From contig NW_018479869.1 of NCBI RefSeq assembly GCF_002113885.1, forward strand, positions 22,321 through 83,639: a stretch of DNA of 61,319 nt. Reading direction: 5' to 3'. The first letter of the stretch is position 1. Every line of letters starts with the position of its first letter. Source of the DNA: Mizuhopecten yessoensis (Eukaryota). Of this stretch, positions 1-13,500 are shown piece by piece. Both the position numbers and the translations under genes were made by a program. The notes beneath the pieces were generated by a model. It searched no databases. It was not told where the DNA came from and worked only from the letters and a program-made list of their open reading frames with translations.

Positions 1-264
1 GTAAACAGTATTCAGCATACTGAGTATTAAGTAAACAGTATTCAGCATACTGAGTATTAAGTAAACAGTATTCAGCATACTGAGCATTAGGTTAACAGTA
101 TTCAGCATACTGAGTATTAGGTAAACAGTATTCAGCATACTAAGCATTAAGTAAACAGTATTCAGCATACTTAGGATTAAGTAATCAGTATTCAGCATAC
201 TGAGTATTAAGTAAACAGTATTCAGCATACTGAACATTAAGTAAACAGTATTCAGCATACTGAG
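1..264. repeat. 30-bp tandem repeat (GTAAACAGTATTCAGCATACTGAGTATTAA), ~9 copies, truncated by the window start
   Basis: Unit read directly; the same family recurs at 1863-2097. Confidence 0.95.
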
Positions 265-1035
265 AAAGCCATTAGGATATTAAGGATCCCAGCACCACTG
301 CCAGCACTTTTCTATGCGTGATTTAGTTTATACTTCTTTATCTTATGGAGCCCCTTGGTTTTGTTCTCTTTGACTTTTCCGAACGTCCCCGTTTAAATCG
401 TTTCTTTATTTATATCATTCATTTTGAGTTTGAAGAACGGTTTGTTGACATTTACGGATTTTCTTCTTTTTCCACGTAATGCTTATGTATGATGCTATTC
501 ATTAGCCCCCTGGCCTGAAGGACCGAGATGAGCTTGTGCCTTATCGTGGCGTTACAGAAATCCAATCGTCAATTGAAGATTGTTTATATAAATGGAGGAA
601 TAAGGCAGGGTTTCTTTTGGGTAATTTCAAATGAAAAGTGTTTTGTTTTCTCAATAATTTCCATTCTAATTTATATTTTGAGTTGAAATTGACCTCTGGA
701 CTCATTTGAGTACACGTACATCAAATGCTTATTCACTACACGCTTTCCTTTTGTTTTATACTGAGTTATGGCTTCTGGACATATCACAAACCTGACTATT
801 TCAAATATCTCTCAAACTTAATTAAATTAAAAGGTGCAGGACACCCTTTATATGCTATAAGTATTAGATATTAAGAGTAAAAATTGTACATAATATATAT
901 CCTATAATATTTGCTCAACATCTCTGTCTGAAGAGAGTTCCAGGTCCTGATTTGTTTTCTTACTTATCAAAGTGAACTTACAAATTAAAAATGACATTTG
1001 AGCCCTAAAATCCCAATCCTAAAACAAACATGTAT

Positions 1036-3860
1036 ATTCTACCAGAATGGCACTAAGGTCTGACCCTAACCATGGAGATTCTACCAGAACGGCACTTAGG
1101 TCGGACCCTAACCATGGAGATTCTACAAGAATGGCACTAAGGTCTGACCCTAACCATGGAGATTCTACCAGAATGGCACTAAGGTCTGACCCTAACCATG
1201 GAGATTCTACCAGAATGGCACTAAGGTCTGACCCTTACCATGGAGATTCTACCAGAATGGCACTAAGGTCTGACCCTTACCATGGAGATTCTACCAGAAT
1301 GGCACTAAGGTCTGACCCTTACCATGGAGATTCTACCAGAATGGCACTAAGGTCTGACCCTTACCATGGAGATTCTATCAGAATGGCACTAAGGTCTGAC
1401 CCTTACCATGGAGATTCTACCAGAATGGCTCTAAGGTCTGACCCTAGCCATAAAGATTCTACCAGAATGGCACTAAGGACTGACCCTTACCATGGAGATT
1501 CTACCAGAATGGCACTAAGGACTGACCCTTACCATGGAGATTCTCCCAGAATGGCACTAAGGTCTGACGCTTACCATGGAGATTCTACCAGAATGGCACT
1601 AAGGTCTGACCCTAATCATAGAGATTCTACCAGAATGGCACTAAGGTCTTACCATTACCATGGAGATTCTACAAGAATGGCTCTAAGGTCTGACCCTAAC
1701 CATAAAGATTCTACCAGAATGGCACTAAGGTCTGACCCTTACCATGGGTATTCGACCAGAATGGCACTAAGGTTTGTCCCTTATCATGGAGATTCTACCA
1801 CAATGGCACTAAGGTCTGGCCCTTACCATGGAGATTCTACCTGAATGGCACTAAGGTCTGACTCAGCATACTGAACATTAAGTAAACAGTATTCAGCATG
1901 CTGAGCATTAAGTAAACAGTATTCAGCATACTGAGTATTAGGTAAACAGTATGCTTAATACTGTTTACCTAATACTCAGTATGCTGAATACTGTTTACTT
2001 AATGCTCAGTATGCTGAATACTGTTTACTTAATACTCAGTATGCTGAATACTGTTTACTTAATGCTCAGCATGCTGAATACTGTTTACTTAATACTCTTC
2101 TGGTAGAATCTCTATGGTTAGGGTCAGACCTTCGTGCCATTCTGGTAGAATCCCCATGGTTAGGGTCTGACCCTAACCATGGAGATTCTACCAGAATGGC
2201 ACTAAGGTCTGACCCTTACCATGGATATTCTACCAGAATGGCACTAAGGTCTGACCCTAACCATGGGGATTCTACCAGAATGGCACTAAGGTCTGACCCT
2301 AACCATGGAGATTCTACCAGAATGGCACTAAGGTCTGACCCTTATCATGGAGATTCTACCAGAATAGCACTAAGGTCTGACCCTAACCATGGGAATTCTA
2401 CCAGAATGGCACTAAGGTCTGACCCTTATCATGGAGATTCTACCACAATGGCACTAAGGTCTGACCCTAACCATGGAGATTCTACCAGAATGGCACTAAG
2501 ATTTGACCCTTATCATGGAGATTCTACCAGAATGGCACTAAGGTCTGACCCTTACCATGGAGATTCTACCAGAATGGCACTAAGGTCTGACCCTTACCAT
2601 GGAGATTCTACCAGAATGGCACTAAGTTCTGACAGTAACCATGGAGATTCTACCAAAATGGCACTAAGATCTGACCCTAACCATGGAGATTCAACCAGAA
2701 TAGCACTAAGATTTGACCCTTATCATGGAGATTCTACCAGAATGGCCCTAAGGTCTGCCCCTTACCATGGAGATTCTACCAGATTGGCACTAAGGACTGA
2801 CCCTTACCATGGAGATCCTACCAGAATGGCACTAAGATCTCACCCTTATCATGGAGATTCTACCAGAATGGCACTAAGGTCTGACCCTTACCATGGAGAT
2901 CCTACCAGAATGGCACTAAGGTCTGACACTAACCATGGAGATTCTACCAGAATGGCACTAAGATCTGACCATTATCATGGAGATTATACCAGAATGGCAC
3001 TAAGGTCTGACCCTAACCATGGAGATTCTACCACAATGGCACTAAGGTCTGATCCTAACCATGGAGATTATACCAGAATGGCACTAAGATCTGACCCTTA
3101 TCATGGAGATTCTACCAGATTGGCACTAAGGTCTGACCCTGACCATGGAGATTCTACCAGAATGCCACTAAGGTCTGACCCTAACAATGGAGATTCTACC
3201 AGAATAGCACTAAGGTCTGACCCTTACCATGGATATTCTACCAGAATGGCCCTAAGGTCTGACCCTAACCATGGAGATCCTCCCACAATGGCACTAAGGT
3301 CTGATCCTAACCATGGAGATTAGGTCTGACCCTTACCATGGATATTCTACCAGAACGGCACTAAGGTCTGACCCTAACTATGGAGATTCTACCACAATGG
3401 CACTAAGGTCTGACCCTAACCATGGCACTAAGATCTGACCCTTACCATGGAGATTCTACCAGAATGGCACTAAGATCTGACCCTTATCATGGATATTCTA
3501 CCAGAATGGCACTAAGGTCTGACCCTAACCATGGATATTCTACCAGAATGGCCCTAAGATCTGACCCTTATCATGGAGATTCTACCAGAATGGCACTAGG
3601 ATCTGACCCTTATCATGGATATTCTACCAGAACGGCACTAAGGTCTGACCCTAACCATGGAGATTCTACCAGAGTGGCACTAAGGTCTGACCCTAACCAT
3701 GGCACTAAGATCTGACCCTTACCATGGAGATTATACCAGAATGGCACTAAGATCTGACCCTTACCATGGAGATTCTACCAGAATGGCACTAAGGTCTGAC
3801 CCTAACCATAGAGATTCTACCAGAATGGCACTAAGGTCGGACCCTTACCATGGAGATTAT
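1036..3860. repeat. 42-bp minisatellite (ATGGCACTAAGGTCTGACCCTWACCATGGAGATTCTACCAGA), ~60 copies, interrupted at ~1863-2168
   Basis: Unit read directly; it accounts for the MALRSDPxHGDSTR ORFs. Confidence 0.95.
1863..2097. repeat. Block of the 30-bp satellite, forward and then inverted, embedded in the 42-bp array
   Basis: CAGCATACTGAACATTAAGTAAACAG units up to ~1950, then ATGCTGAATACTGTTTACTTAATRCTCAGT (reverse complement) to ~2097. Confidence 0.9.
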
Positions 3861-4021
3861 GAGGCCTGGTCATCCCTTTCATCGAGATCCTAACCCAATA
3901 ACCATACATATGCAAAAATGATAATATAAAAAGGCAAAGCCTTAAAAGAGCGTAGCTTTTGTTGATCTCTGATATTTACTGATTCAGAATACTGCTTTCA
4001 GAATGAGATTAATAGAATATC

Positions 4022-4144
4022 TCATCCCCTTGGGGGCGAGATAGGGGAATCACAACCATAGGGGGAAGATTCTTATGTTTGGCAACTTACGAATCTTTCC
4101 CCGAGGGTTGAGATTCCCCTGCTATCTTACCCACAAGGGGGTGA
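4022..4144. mobile_element. Long imperfect hairpin, probably part of a non-autonomous DNA element
   Basis: Arms CCCCTTGGGGGCGAGATAGGGGAATCACAACCATAGGGGGAAGATTC / GAATCTTTCCCCGAGGGTTGAGATTCCCCTGCTATCTTACCCACAAGGGG around an ~18-nt loop. Confidence 0.5.
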
Positions 4145-4613
4145 ATGATTATTTTTCTCTTATCCTGTTCTCCCAATGTGTATCATATACACAATGTAAT
4201 GATAACGTTACATGCTAAATCCAGGGTTGACGTGACGTTGATGGATTGTTGACATGACTTTGATGGATTGTTGACGTGACTTTGATGGATTGTTGACGTG
4301 ACGTCATTGTATTTTTGAAGTGACTTAATACCATTGTTATGATTTTCTTTCTATCTTCTCAAAAGTAAATTTCTCCTGTTTAGTAATTTTACATTAGAGT
4401 TTTCCTCATCATTTTTTTGTGTGAATGCCCAGCCAACTTAACTGCAGTTGTAAATATTAGCTCAAAAAAAATATCAGGGGTGGCCGAACTTGCCCTGGTC
4501 TCCCGTTTGCAGATTTTTTTGTTTTATTGATGATTGGTAAAAATGTATTCACAATATAAATTTGTTGCATCAATGATGCCATTTTCTTCCAGTCCAAGCT
4601 TAAGTAGATACTT

Positions 4614-4706
4614 GGTCGGGTGGTGCAGTGGATAGCGCGCCCGTCTTCACCAAGATGGCGGGATTCAATACCGGTTACCTGCCCGACCATGCAGGTTTTC
4701 TCAGGA
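4614..4706 (+). mobile_element. Degenerate tRNA-derived SINE (V-domain type), internally deleted
   Basis: GGTCGGGTGGTGCAGTGG A-box-like head; ACCTGCCCGACCATGCAGGTTTTCTC matches the copies at 5507-5656 and 18509-18650. Confidence 0.55.
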
Positions 4707-5506
4707 TCCTCTTTTATCCTGCCACATAAAGAATTAAATCCTCCGCGTGCTTCCGTCAGGTCACAAAAAGAATGATTGAGATAAGTTGGGAAAAACTGTT
4801 TGGTAATTGCTATAGAAAAAAAGTGCATAAGACATATTTGACGATAAGTCTATGTAAACACTGTGGTCAAACGACACGGTATAGGTTCCGGAAATAGCGA
4901 TCCTAAGCGAGGCAGTTATTGAAGACCACAGCATGCTTGTGATCATAGACATGTTTTCGGTATACTATCATCATTACGAAGGTGGGTACAAATCAATAAG
5001 TGTATTATAGATCAACCTTTGTTATGAACTTGAAATATCCCAGAAATGAAACTTAAAACCACATTAAAATATAACGAATCAGTGAGTTTATCATGGCCCG
5101 AAGTCGACAATCTCACAGATTATGTCAATAATTAACTCACAGATCTCCTTTGACACATGGTTTATGTATTTTCTCATTATTCCATTATTCATAAATTCAA
5201 AACACACATTAACGAAAATATTTATGTTTTTAAACATAATATAAACAATGATTGTAAATAACACCTATAGACCAGACTGTAGGTTAATAGCGATTGTGGC
5301 TTTAATTACTGTATGGTTTATTGGATTATTTTGTCTGCTGGTGGGAAAAAACTTTCTCTCACACAGATGGATAATTTCGAGTTCAGTTACTGCCAAAAGA
5401 GCTTTACAGAGTTTAGTGAAATAATTCAACATTATAATGCAAGACCACGGAACTAAGGAAGAACGGTTAAACAAACGAAGAATTGCCGTTATACTTTCTC
5501 GAGCAG

Positions 5507-5656
5507 GGTGCCTTACTGTGGCAGGAAACCGAGTACCCAGAGAAAACCCACATGGTCAGGTAGGTGACCCCATACCTTTTCATGTCGGATCGGGGAATCG
5601 AACCCCGGCTGCCTTGGTGAAAGGCACGTGCGCTTTCCACTTCATCACCCGACCAC
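5507..5656 (-). mobile_element. tRNA-derived V-domain SINE
   Basis: Minus strand: tRNA-like head with GGTTCGATTCC B-box, followed by GTGGGTTTTCTCTGGGTACTCGGTTTCCTGCCAC (V-SINE core-like). Confidence 0.75.
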
Positions 5657-6199
5657 CCAGTACAGTAAAGAAATTACCTAAGTATTTGACTATTCTATTT
5701 CAGTTGAAAATGGTCGTATGCTTAGCCTCAGACTTTTCCCATGTAAATATTTAAAGTTGATGAGGTAATTTGTGGAAAAACTTCAAAATCTTGCTGTTTC
5801 AATTTAATGATTGTTTTTCTCAAAAAATTATGAAACATCAATTTCAGAAAATAAGACAGGCATTTTTGTTCAGGCACAGAATATGTTATTCCTATTTTAA
5901 ACACTATTTTTATTTTATTTTTGTAGATAATAAATAACAAGTTCTGTTTTGATCATTTCCCATCATTTTATTAGCCAAGGAAAATGTGAATACTCATTTT
6001 AGCCTCAGTTTCTACATCCAGTAAACACTTTGACATGATGAAAACCCTATACAACTTGTACAGTCACAGAAAGACAGTCCTTACGCCAGAACAAATGGAC
6101 TGAATAGAATAGTCACTGAAATGCACTACATGTATTAATCTAAAAGTAGATTTCAAACACAGTATGTCATCATTCCTTTGTTTGGATAGATCACCAATA

Positions 6200-6410
6200 T
6201 GAGATTAATTACATCTAGAAGTAGGCAGGGAAGGTACTTGCAAATATTTTTGTAGAGGTAGCAGGCATATGTTGCCAACTTGGTGGCAATCCTTTAGCAT
6301 CTAACCCCACTGGAAGACATTCAGGAATGACTGTCCCTCTCATTACTAGTCTCACATCAGTATCCTCCCCGTCAAGTGCAGGCTTCACCTTTAGCACCCC
6401 TGAAATGAAA
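6200..6410 (-). pseudogene. Isolated exon-like fragment, possibly the C-terminal tail of a decayed DNA transposase
   Basis: TTTCAG acceptor then GVLKVKPALDGEDTDVRLV...LDAKGLPPSWQ; a shifted frame continues YLYKNICKYLP, which recalls a GL-x-x-x-RQ-x-YLY-x-x-I-R tail (recognition from memory only). Confidence 0.25.
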
Positions 6411-6918
6411 TGAAATTACATGTAGTGTATATATATCAACAGAAAGTATATGCATTAAATAGCAGTTGATACATACAAGGTTTGGTGATCATCTATGCCA
6501 CACAATATACAAAAATGTCCTTTTTTTTTGCGAAGTAAAAAAGTTTTATAAAAAGAATGCATTCTTTACACATTCATTGGACGTAAAAAACAACATTATC
6601 AATCAGAAACGATGGAGTTCAGGGGGAAGATGACCCAATCTCAACCTATGCAACTCCCCCACTCCCCGCAAGGCACACACTCAAACAGGTACATGTATTA
6701 ACAAATTTGATACATGTATTTTGTCAGGATTGGAGGTTGGGAAGCAATTCAAATGGTACATCTAAACAGTTTCAGGATATTAAAGTCAAAAATATTATAT
6801 TTCGAGCAACTAAATATTGTATTTATGAGGAATATATATCCCTGCTTTAAAGAAAGATACAGTATTGATCATTGGCAAAGCTTGCTAGGTCTTCTGTTTG
6901 CAAATTTAGTGGATTAAA

Positions 6919-7107
6919 TTTGCGTGAGAACATCAGTTTGAATGTATAACCTTACATATAAGTTACACTGTACATTATATGGCATTTTAACCTCTATCAA
7001 GGTCAACAGAAGTCAGCGATTTTGCGTGAGAATATCAGTTTGGATGTTTAATCTTACATATAAGTTACACTGTACATTATATGGCATTTTAACCTCTATC
7101 AAGGTCA
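6919..7107. repeat. Direct duplication of an ~87-bp segment (period ~103 bp)
   Basis: TTTGCGTGAGAAYATCAGTTTG...CCTCTATCAAGGTCA occurs at 6919 and 7022. Confidence 0.85.
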
Positions 7108-7580
7108 TTTAAAGTGTTTATGTCATCAAATACGATGCACGTATTCAATGTCAAAGATCGCGTTCAGCCTTGGAAAATCATTTATCTATATTAAAGCTTC
7201 AACTCCGCACAAACATGGCTTCGCCGACATCAACTAATATATGTGGTTAACGTTTCATTTTCTTTGTTAGGAAAAAAAACAAACTTTTGCAACTCCAGAA
7301 ATGTGTGAAAACCATTTTTCTAATGAAATCTTATTTGCACAAAAGTAACATTTATTTCTCTCTCTCGTTTTTTTACGAGATCTAAACTTTAAATGAATAG
7401 ATGCACCAACAGGGCTAAAAGACGTTTCCTCTACCATAACATTACAGAATTGTGCAGAAATCGTAACTGGTAACCGTTGCTTTAAATAATATTGTGTTCA
7501 TTATTCTTATTTTATCGTATTTTATTGTATGAATAAACAAATGTATCTGTTGTTATTTGATGACGTCATATTTTTTCTAG

Positions 7581-10500
7581 TGAGCTACTTCACCGACGTC
7601 ATGACTTACACGATGCTGGCAGGGATGATATCATCATTTATTGCTGGACAGGTGTTTGAGGCACAAAACAGGTGGTTTACAGGTAAGTGGTACATGTATA
7701 ATTAACAGGTGGTTTACAGGTAAGTGGAACTGATATAATTAACAGCTGGTTTACAGGTAAGTGGTACATGTATAATTGACAGGTGGTTTACAGGTAAGTG
7801 GTACATGTATAATTGACAGCTGGTTTACAGGTCAGTGGTACATGTATAATTAGCAGGTGGTTTACAGGTAAGTGGTACATGTATAATTGACAGGTGGTTT
7901 ACAGGTAAGTGGTACATGTATAATTGACAGGTGGTTTACAGGTAAGTGGTACATGTATAATTGACAGGTGGTTTACAGGTAAGTGGTACATGTATAATTA
8001 ACAGGTGGTTTACATATAAGTGGTACATGAATAATTTACAAGTGATTTACAGGTAAGTGGTACATATATAATTAACAGCTGGTTTACAGGTAAATGGTAC
8101 ATATATAATTAACAGCTGGTTTACAGGTAAATGGTACTGATATAATTAACAGCTGGTTTACAGGTAAGTGGTACTGATATAATTAACAGCTGGTTTACAG
8201 GTAAGTGGTACATGTATAATTAACAGGTAGTTTACAGATAAGTGGTACACATATAATTAACAGGTAGTTTACAGGTAAGTGATACACATATAATTAACAG
8301 GTGGTTTACAGATAAGTGGTACACATATAATTAACAGGTAGTTTACAGGTAAGTGGTACACATATAATTAACAGGTAGTTTACAGGTTAGTGGTACTTAT
8401 ATAATTAACAGGAGGTTAACGGGTAAGTGGAACATGTATAATTAACAGGTAGTTTACAGGTAAGTGGTACATATACAATTAACAAGTGGTTTACAGGTAA
8501 GCGGTACTTATATAAGTAACAGGTGGTTTACAGGTAAGTGGTACATATATTATTAACAGCTGGTTTACAGGAAAGTGGTATATGTATAATTAACAGGTGA
8601 TTAATAGGTAAGTGGTGTATGTATAATTAGCAGCTGGTTTACAGGTAAGTGGTATATGTATAATTAACAGGTGGTGTACAGGTATGTGGTATATGTATAA
8701 TTAACAGGTGGTGTACAGGTATGTGGTATATGAATAATTAACAGCTGGTTTACAGGTAAGTGGTATAAGTATAATTAACATCTGGTTTACAGGTAAGTGG
8801 TATAAGTTTAAGTAACAGCTGGTTTACAGGTAAGTTGTACTTATATATGTAACAGCTGGTTTACAGGTAAGTGGTGCATAAATAATTCACACGTTATATT
8901 CTGGCATACCTGTAACTTACAGGCGTGATTGTTTGAAATAATACAGATAGACATCTGTTTTAAATGAAGAGGGGATTATCGGGTGTATTTGTCTTTTCCT
9001 TTTATTGAGGGAGGATGTGGTAAGGTTGTCCGACGGGTAAGACTTATTATCTCTTTCAATGTGACACGAATACAGTGTAGGTAATTGGTTTATTACTAAG
9101 AATATCTTTGGAAAGCTACTGGAAATTATAGGACAAACACCAATCCCAAAGTACATCCATATTGCACGCATAGTATATGTTTGCGACAGCATGCCGTAAA
9201 ACAATAAAATCTGTTTATTTACATCCTGAAATCTATCAAATTGTAAACTTATTGTTTTTTGTGTGCCTATCGTCAATCAAGTAGTTGTCCCATTTTAACA
9301 GATATCTTTGGAAATTAATCGTTGGTGACACGTGACATTGGACAACAGGTTCAAAGCGTTTACAATTCTTCTATTTTCCCTAATTGGCGTATTACTATGT
9401 GAACTTATCTATTCAATATATAGTATACAGTGTTAATATTTCGGTCAATTTTTAATGTACATGTCTATTATAGAAATATAAGGGCAGGAGTAAGGTTAAA
9501 AGGGAGATCACTCCAATATTATGTTCGTCGTAATACGAACATATTACGGATCCCCGTACCGCTGCCTAAGTACTGTGTTCATTGGAAAGTTTCCCCAGCA
9601 GTACTAAAACTTTGATCTATCATTTTGGGAAAGAAGACGATACTTTGAGGAACTTTATTTGAAAAAGAATAAACTAGAATAATATTTACGACAGTACTTG
9701 GAGTGTTAGTACACCGGGGTGATACAGAACACTGAACCCCAGATCATGGTGTTATTGCTTTATGCAACTGGGTAGCATGGTCAACGTAAGACCTCTGACC
9801 CCGAGGGCTACAGTCATAATCAAAACTAAATTAAGGGGAGTTCACTGTGTTGACAAAAATCTACGGTGGAATCTCTAATGTTTTGCCTATGGTGGGACAG
9901 GTACCCTTAAGTATAAACGAGGCATGTAATAACAGTATTAAACGCTATACCAAAAGAATGTATCAATTTACATTGACTATATAACATTTAAATAATAATC
10001 TCAGTCACTTGAGCGATTTAATTGTTTCAAAGTGATTGGTACATGTATGGAAAGTTCGATGTCAGGGATCACGTTGACAGGTAGGACAGACAGATTGTTT
10101 TATATTGGTTGGCAGACATACACACTATACCAACCACTACTATGAAACAGAAAACGAAATATTCACATAGATTCGAGTTTGTGAAGAAAAAGGCATATAT
10201 TATATATATTCCGTGTTTAAATAATGATTCTGTTGCATTAAAAGTTTTAAAAAATGTGAAAATCTAGTATGGCATATATTTTGTTACTTTTCAGGAACGA
10301 TGAAGACAGTAATCCCCCTCACAGTGACGTCATGCTTGGCCATTCTGTTATCCTCCCTCGCCTTCCTGTCCTCGACGGCTGTTCTGTACGCTGACTTTGT
10401 TGTGCTGACCTTTTTCCGTTCCTTCGTTTTCAGTGTTAACATGGATTTTATCATAATTTCGTGAGTAAATATTTATCTACATTCTTTTTAAATATAAGTT

Positions 10501-13500
10501 ACTTCATTCAGATTTACATATCACTTTACATGTGCTCATTCACAATTGTAGTGACGTCACATTATTCAATTTAAATAGTTTAAGGTAGCTGACGTCAGGA
10601 CCATTTGAAAGCGTCGTAATGACGAAGGGTTGTTTCGATTTAATCAGAACAGTGACTCAATAAGCACTTAAATCATTTCAATTATAAAGGGGTGGTAAGA
10701 ATTGTGAATGTGTACTGATATTAAATGTTGATTTATTACGTAACTGGTTAAGTTGGTCGAGTTTAATAAAGCATTTGCTTCATGCCTAATCAGTCAACAG
10801 CCAAACTGTTTTCACTCGGAGCTGGGCCCCACCAGTCGAACTAGCAGCTTCCCTCGGGTCAAAAGTCCTCGGAGGTGTATTTTTTAATGTTGATTTATCA
10901 GGCATAAAACAGCTGTATGATATGTGACGTTAAAGTCTCTTTATCTTGTACGTTTATATATATAAGATACTGTGCCTGGATTCTTCCTTGGTGAAAACGT
11001 GAATTTCAGTCAGTTGTTATTGTCGTATTCAGGTTTCCTCAAAAATTTATGAGTCTGCTCTTCGGCCTCGTGATTTCGGTTTCCGGTGTCGTGACCTTAA
11101 CCCAGTACGCCTTATTCACGTGGACAAAAAAATACGACAAGGCGATGACACACGTAAGTTGTCCTACTTATTCTGCAATACCTATCCTTTATAAAGAACT
11201 ATCTACTTGATCAAAACAGGTTTTCACAGCGATTGCATCTTCAGTAGGACTACTTTTAATAAAGAATTGATACGCGTACACTTATTGATTTGAAACACTG
11301 CTATTATATGGCACAGATGGTCGTCGTAGTAAGGATTTTAACTGTTTTTGTTTTTAAAATAAAAACATTCCAATAGTTACAATTGTGTCAGTTGAACTAT
11401 CAAATTATTTTTACTCGTACGAAATGATTTGTCAATAATTTCAATCGTAAAAAAAATCAATTAAATCATTAATCTTAATACACATGGTATAATCGTGGGA
11501 TATTATAGAGAGTACCAACTACATAACAGGTCATCTGACATTTTATCACATACCTGTTGAATCTTGTTATAGGAATACAAGTAATTTTCAGACCCTGAAA
11601 TACAACGTTCTGTATTGCACATGTGCAATACGGAATGTTGTATTTACCTACTAGCCGGAAGTACTTTTTATGGGAATCCCCTTGTCATGGCGAACTGAAA
11701 AGTTCCCGTTATTTGCAAAAAATATCAAAGTTTATAAAATCTTTGTATCTTTCTCTACCAAATACGGAAGGTATGTAATAAAAGCAAGACCACACACTTG
11801 TGTTTTTCTAACGAATTAGAAAGCACTCATTTATTGCGCGGAGAGCGCACTCGTGAATATATTCGTCCGCGCAATAAACTCGTGCTTTCAGATTCGTTAG
11901 AAAAACACAAATGTGTGGTTTTGCATATATATATATCAAATATTCAACCTACCACCACAACAGGGAGCGTAAAACAGATAAAGTCATACAACATTAAACC
12001 AACCATCACAACAATGAGCGTAAAACAGATAAAGTCATACAACATTCAACCTACCACCACAACAAGGAGTGTAAAACAGATAAAGTCATACAACATTCAA
12101 CCTACCACCACAACAAGGAGCGTAAAACAGATAAAGTCATACAACATTCAACCTACCACCACAACAAGGAGCGTAAAACAGATAAAGTCATACAACATTC
12201 AACCTACCACCACAACAAGGAGCGTAAAACAGATAAAGTCATACAACATTCAACCTACCACCACAACAAGGAGCGTAAAACAGATAAAGTCATACAACAT
12301 TCAACCTACCACCACAACAAGGAGCGTAAAACAGATAAAGTCATACAACATTCAACCTACCACCACAACAAGGAGCGTAAAACAGATAAAGTCATACAAC
12401 ATTCAACCTACCACCACAACAAGGAGCGTAAAACAGATAAAGTCATACAACATTCAACCTACCACCACAACAAGGAGTGTAAAACAGATAAAGTCATACA
12501 ACATTCAACCTACCACCACAACAAGGAGTGTAAAACAGATAAAGTCATACAACATTCAACCTACCACCACAACAAGGAGTGTAAAACAGATAAAGTCATA
12601 CAACATTCAACCTACCACCACAACAAGGAGCGTAAAACAGATAAAGTCATACAACATTCAACCTACCACCACAACAAGGAGCGTAAAACAGATAAAGTCA
12701 TACAACATTCAACCTACCACCACAACAAGGAGCGTAAAACAGATAAAGTCATACAACATTCAACCTACCACCACAACAAGGAGCGTAAAACAGATAAAGT
12801 CATACAACATTCAACCTACCACCACAACAAGGAGCGTAAAACAGATAAAGTCATACAACATTCAACCTACCACCACAACAAGGAGCGTAAAACAGATAAA
12901 GTCATACAACATTCAACCTACCACCACAACAAGGAGCGTAAAACAGATAAAGTCATACAACATTCAACCTACCACCACAACAAGGAGCGTAAAACAGATA
13001 AAGTCATACAACATTCAACCTACCACCACAACAAGGAGCGTAAAACAGATAAAGTCATACAACATTCAACCTACCACCACAACAAGGAGCGTAAAACAGA
13101 TAAAGTCATACAACATTCAACCTACCACCACAACAAGGAGTGTAAAACAGATAAAGTCATACAACATTCAACCTACCACCACAACAAGGAGTGTAAAACA
13201 GATAAAGTCATACAACATTCAACCTACCACCACAACAAGGAGTGTAAAACAGATAAAGTCATACAACATTCAACCTACCACCACAACAAGGAGTGTAAAA
13301 CAGATAAAGTCATACAACATTCAACCTACCACCACAACAATGAGTGTAAAACAAATAAAGTCATACAACATTCAACCTACCACCACAACAAGGAGTGTAA
13401 AACAGATAAAGTCATACAACATTCAACCTACCACCACAACAAGGAGCGTAAAGCAGATAAAGTCATACAACATTCAACCTACCACCACAACAATGAGTGT

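Noticed and set aside
1047-3893. ORFs of MALRSDPxHGDSTR repeats
   Set aside because: They are translations of a 42-bp satellite whose unit is a multiple of 3. The array is broken by stops, an inversion and frameshifts, and there is no non-repetitive coding context.
7668-8890. Possible CRISPR-like array (37-bp period)
   Set aside because: The units are head-to-tail with no unique spacers, there are no cas genes, and the context is eukaryotic.
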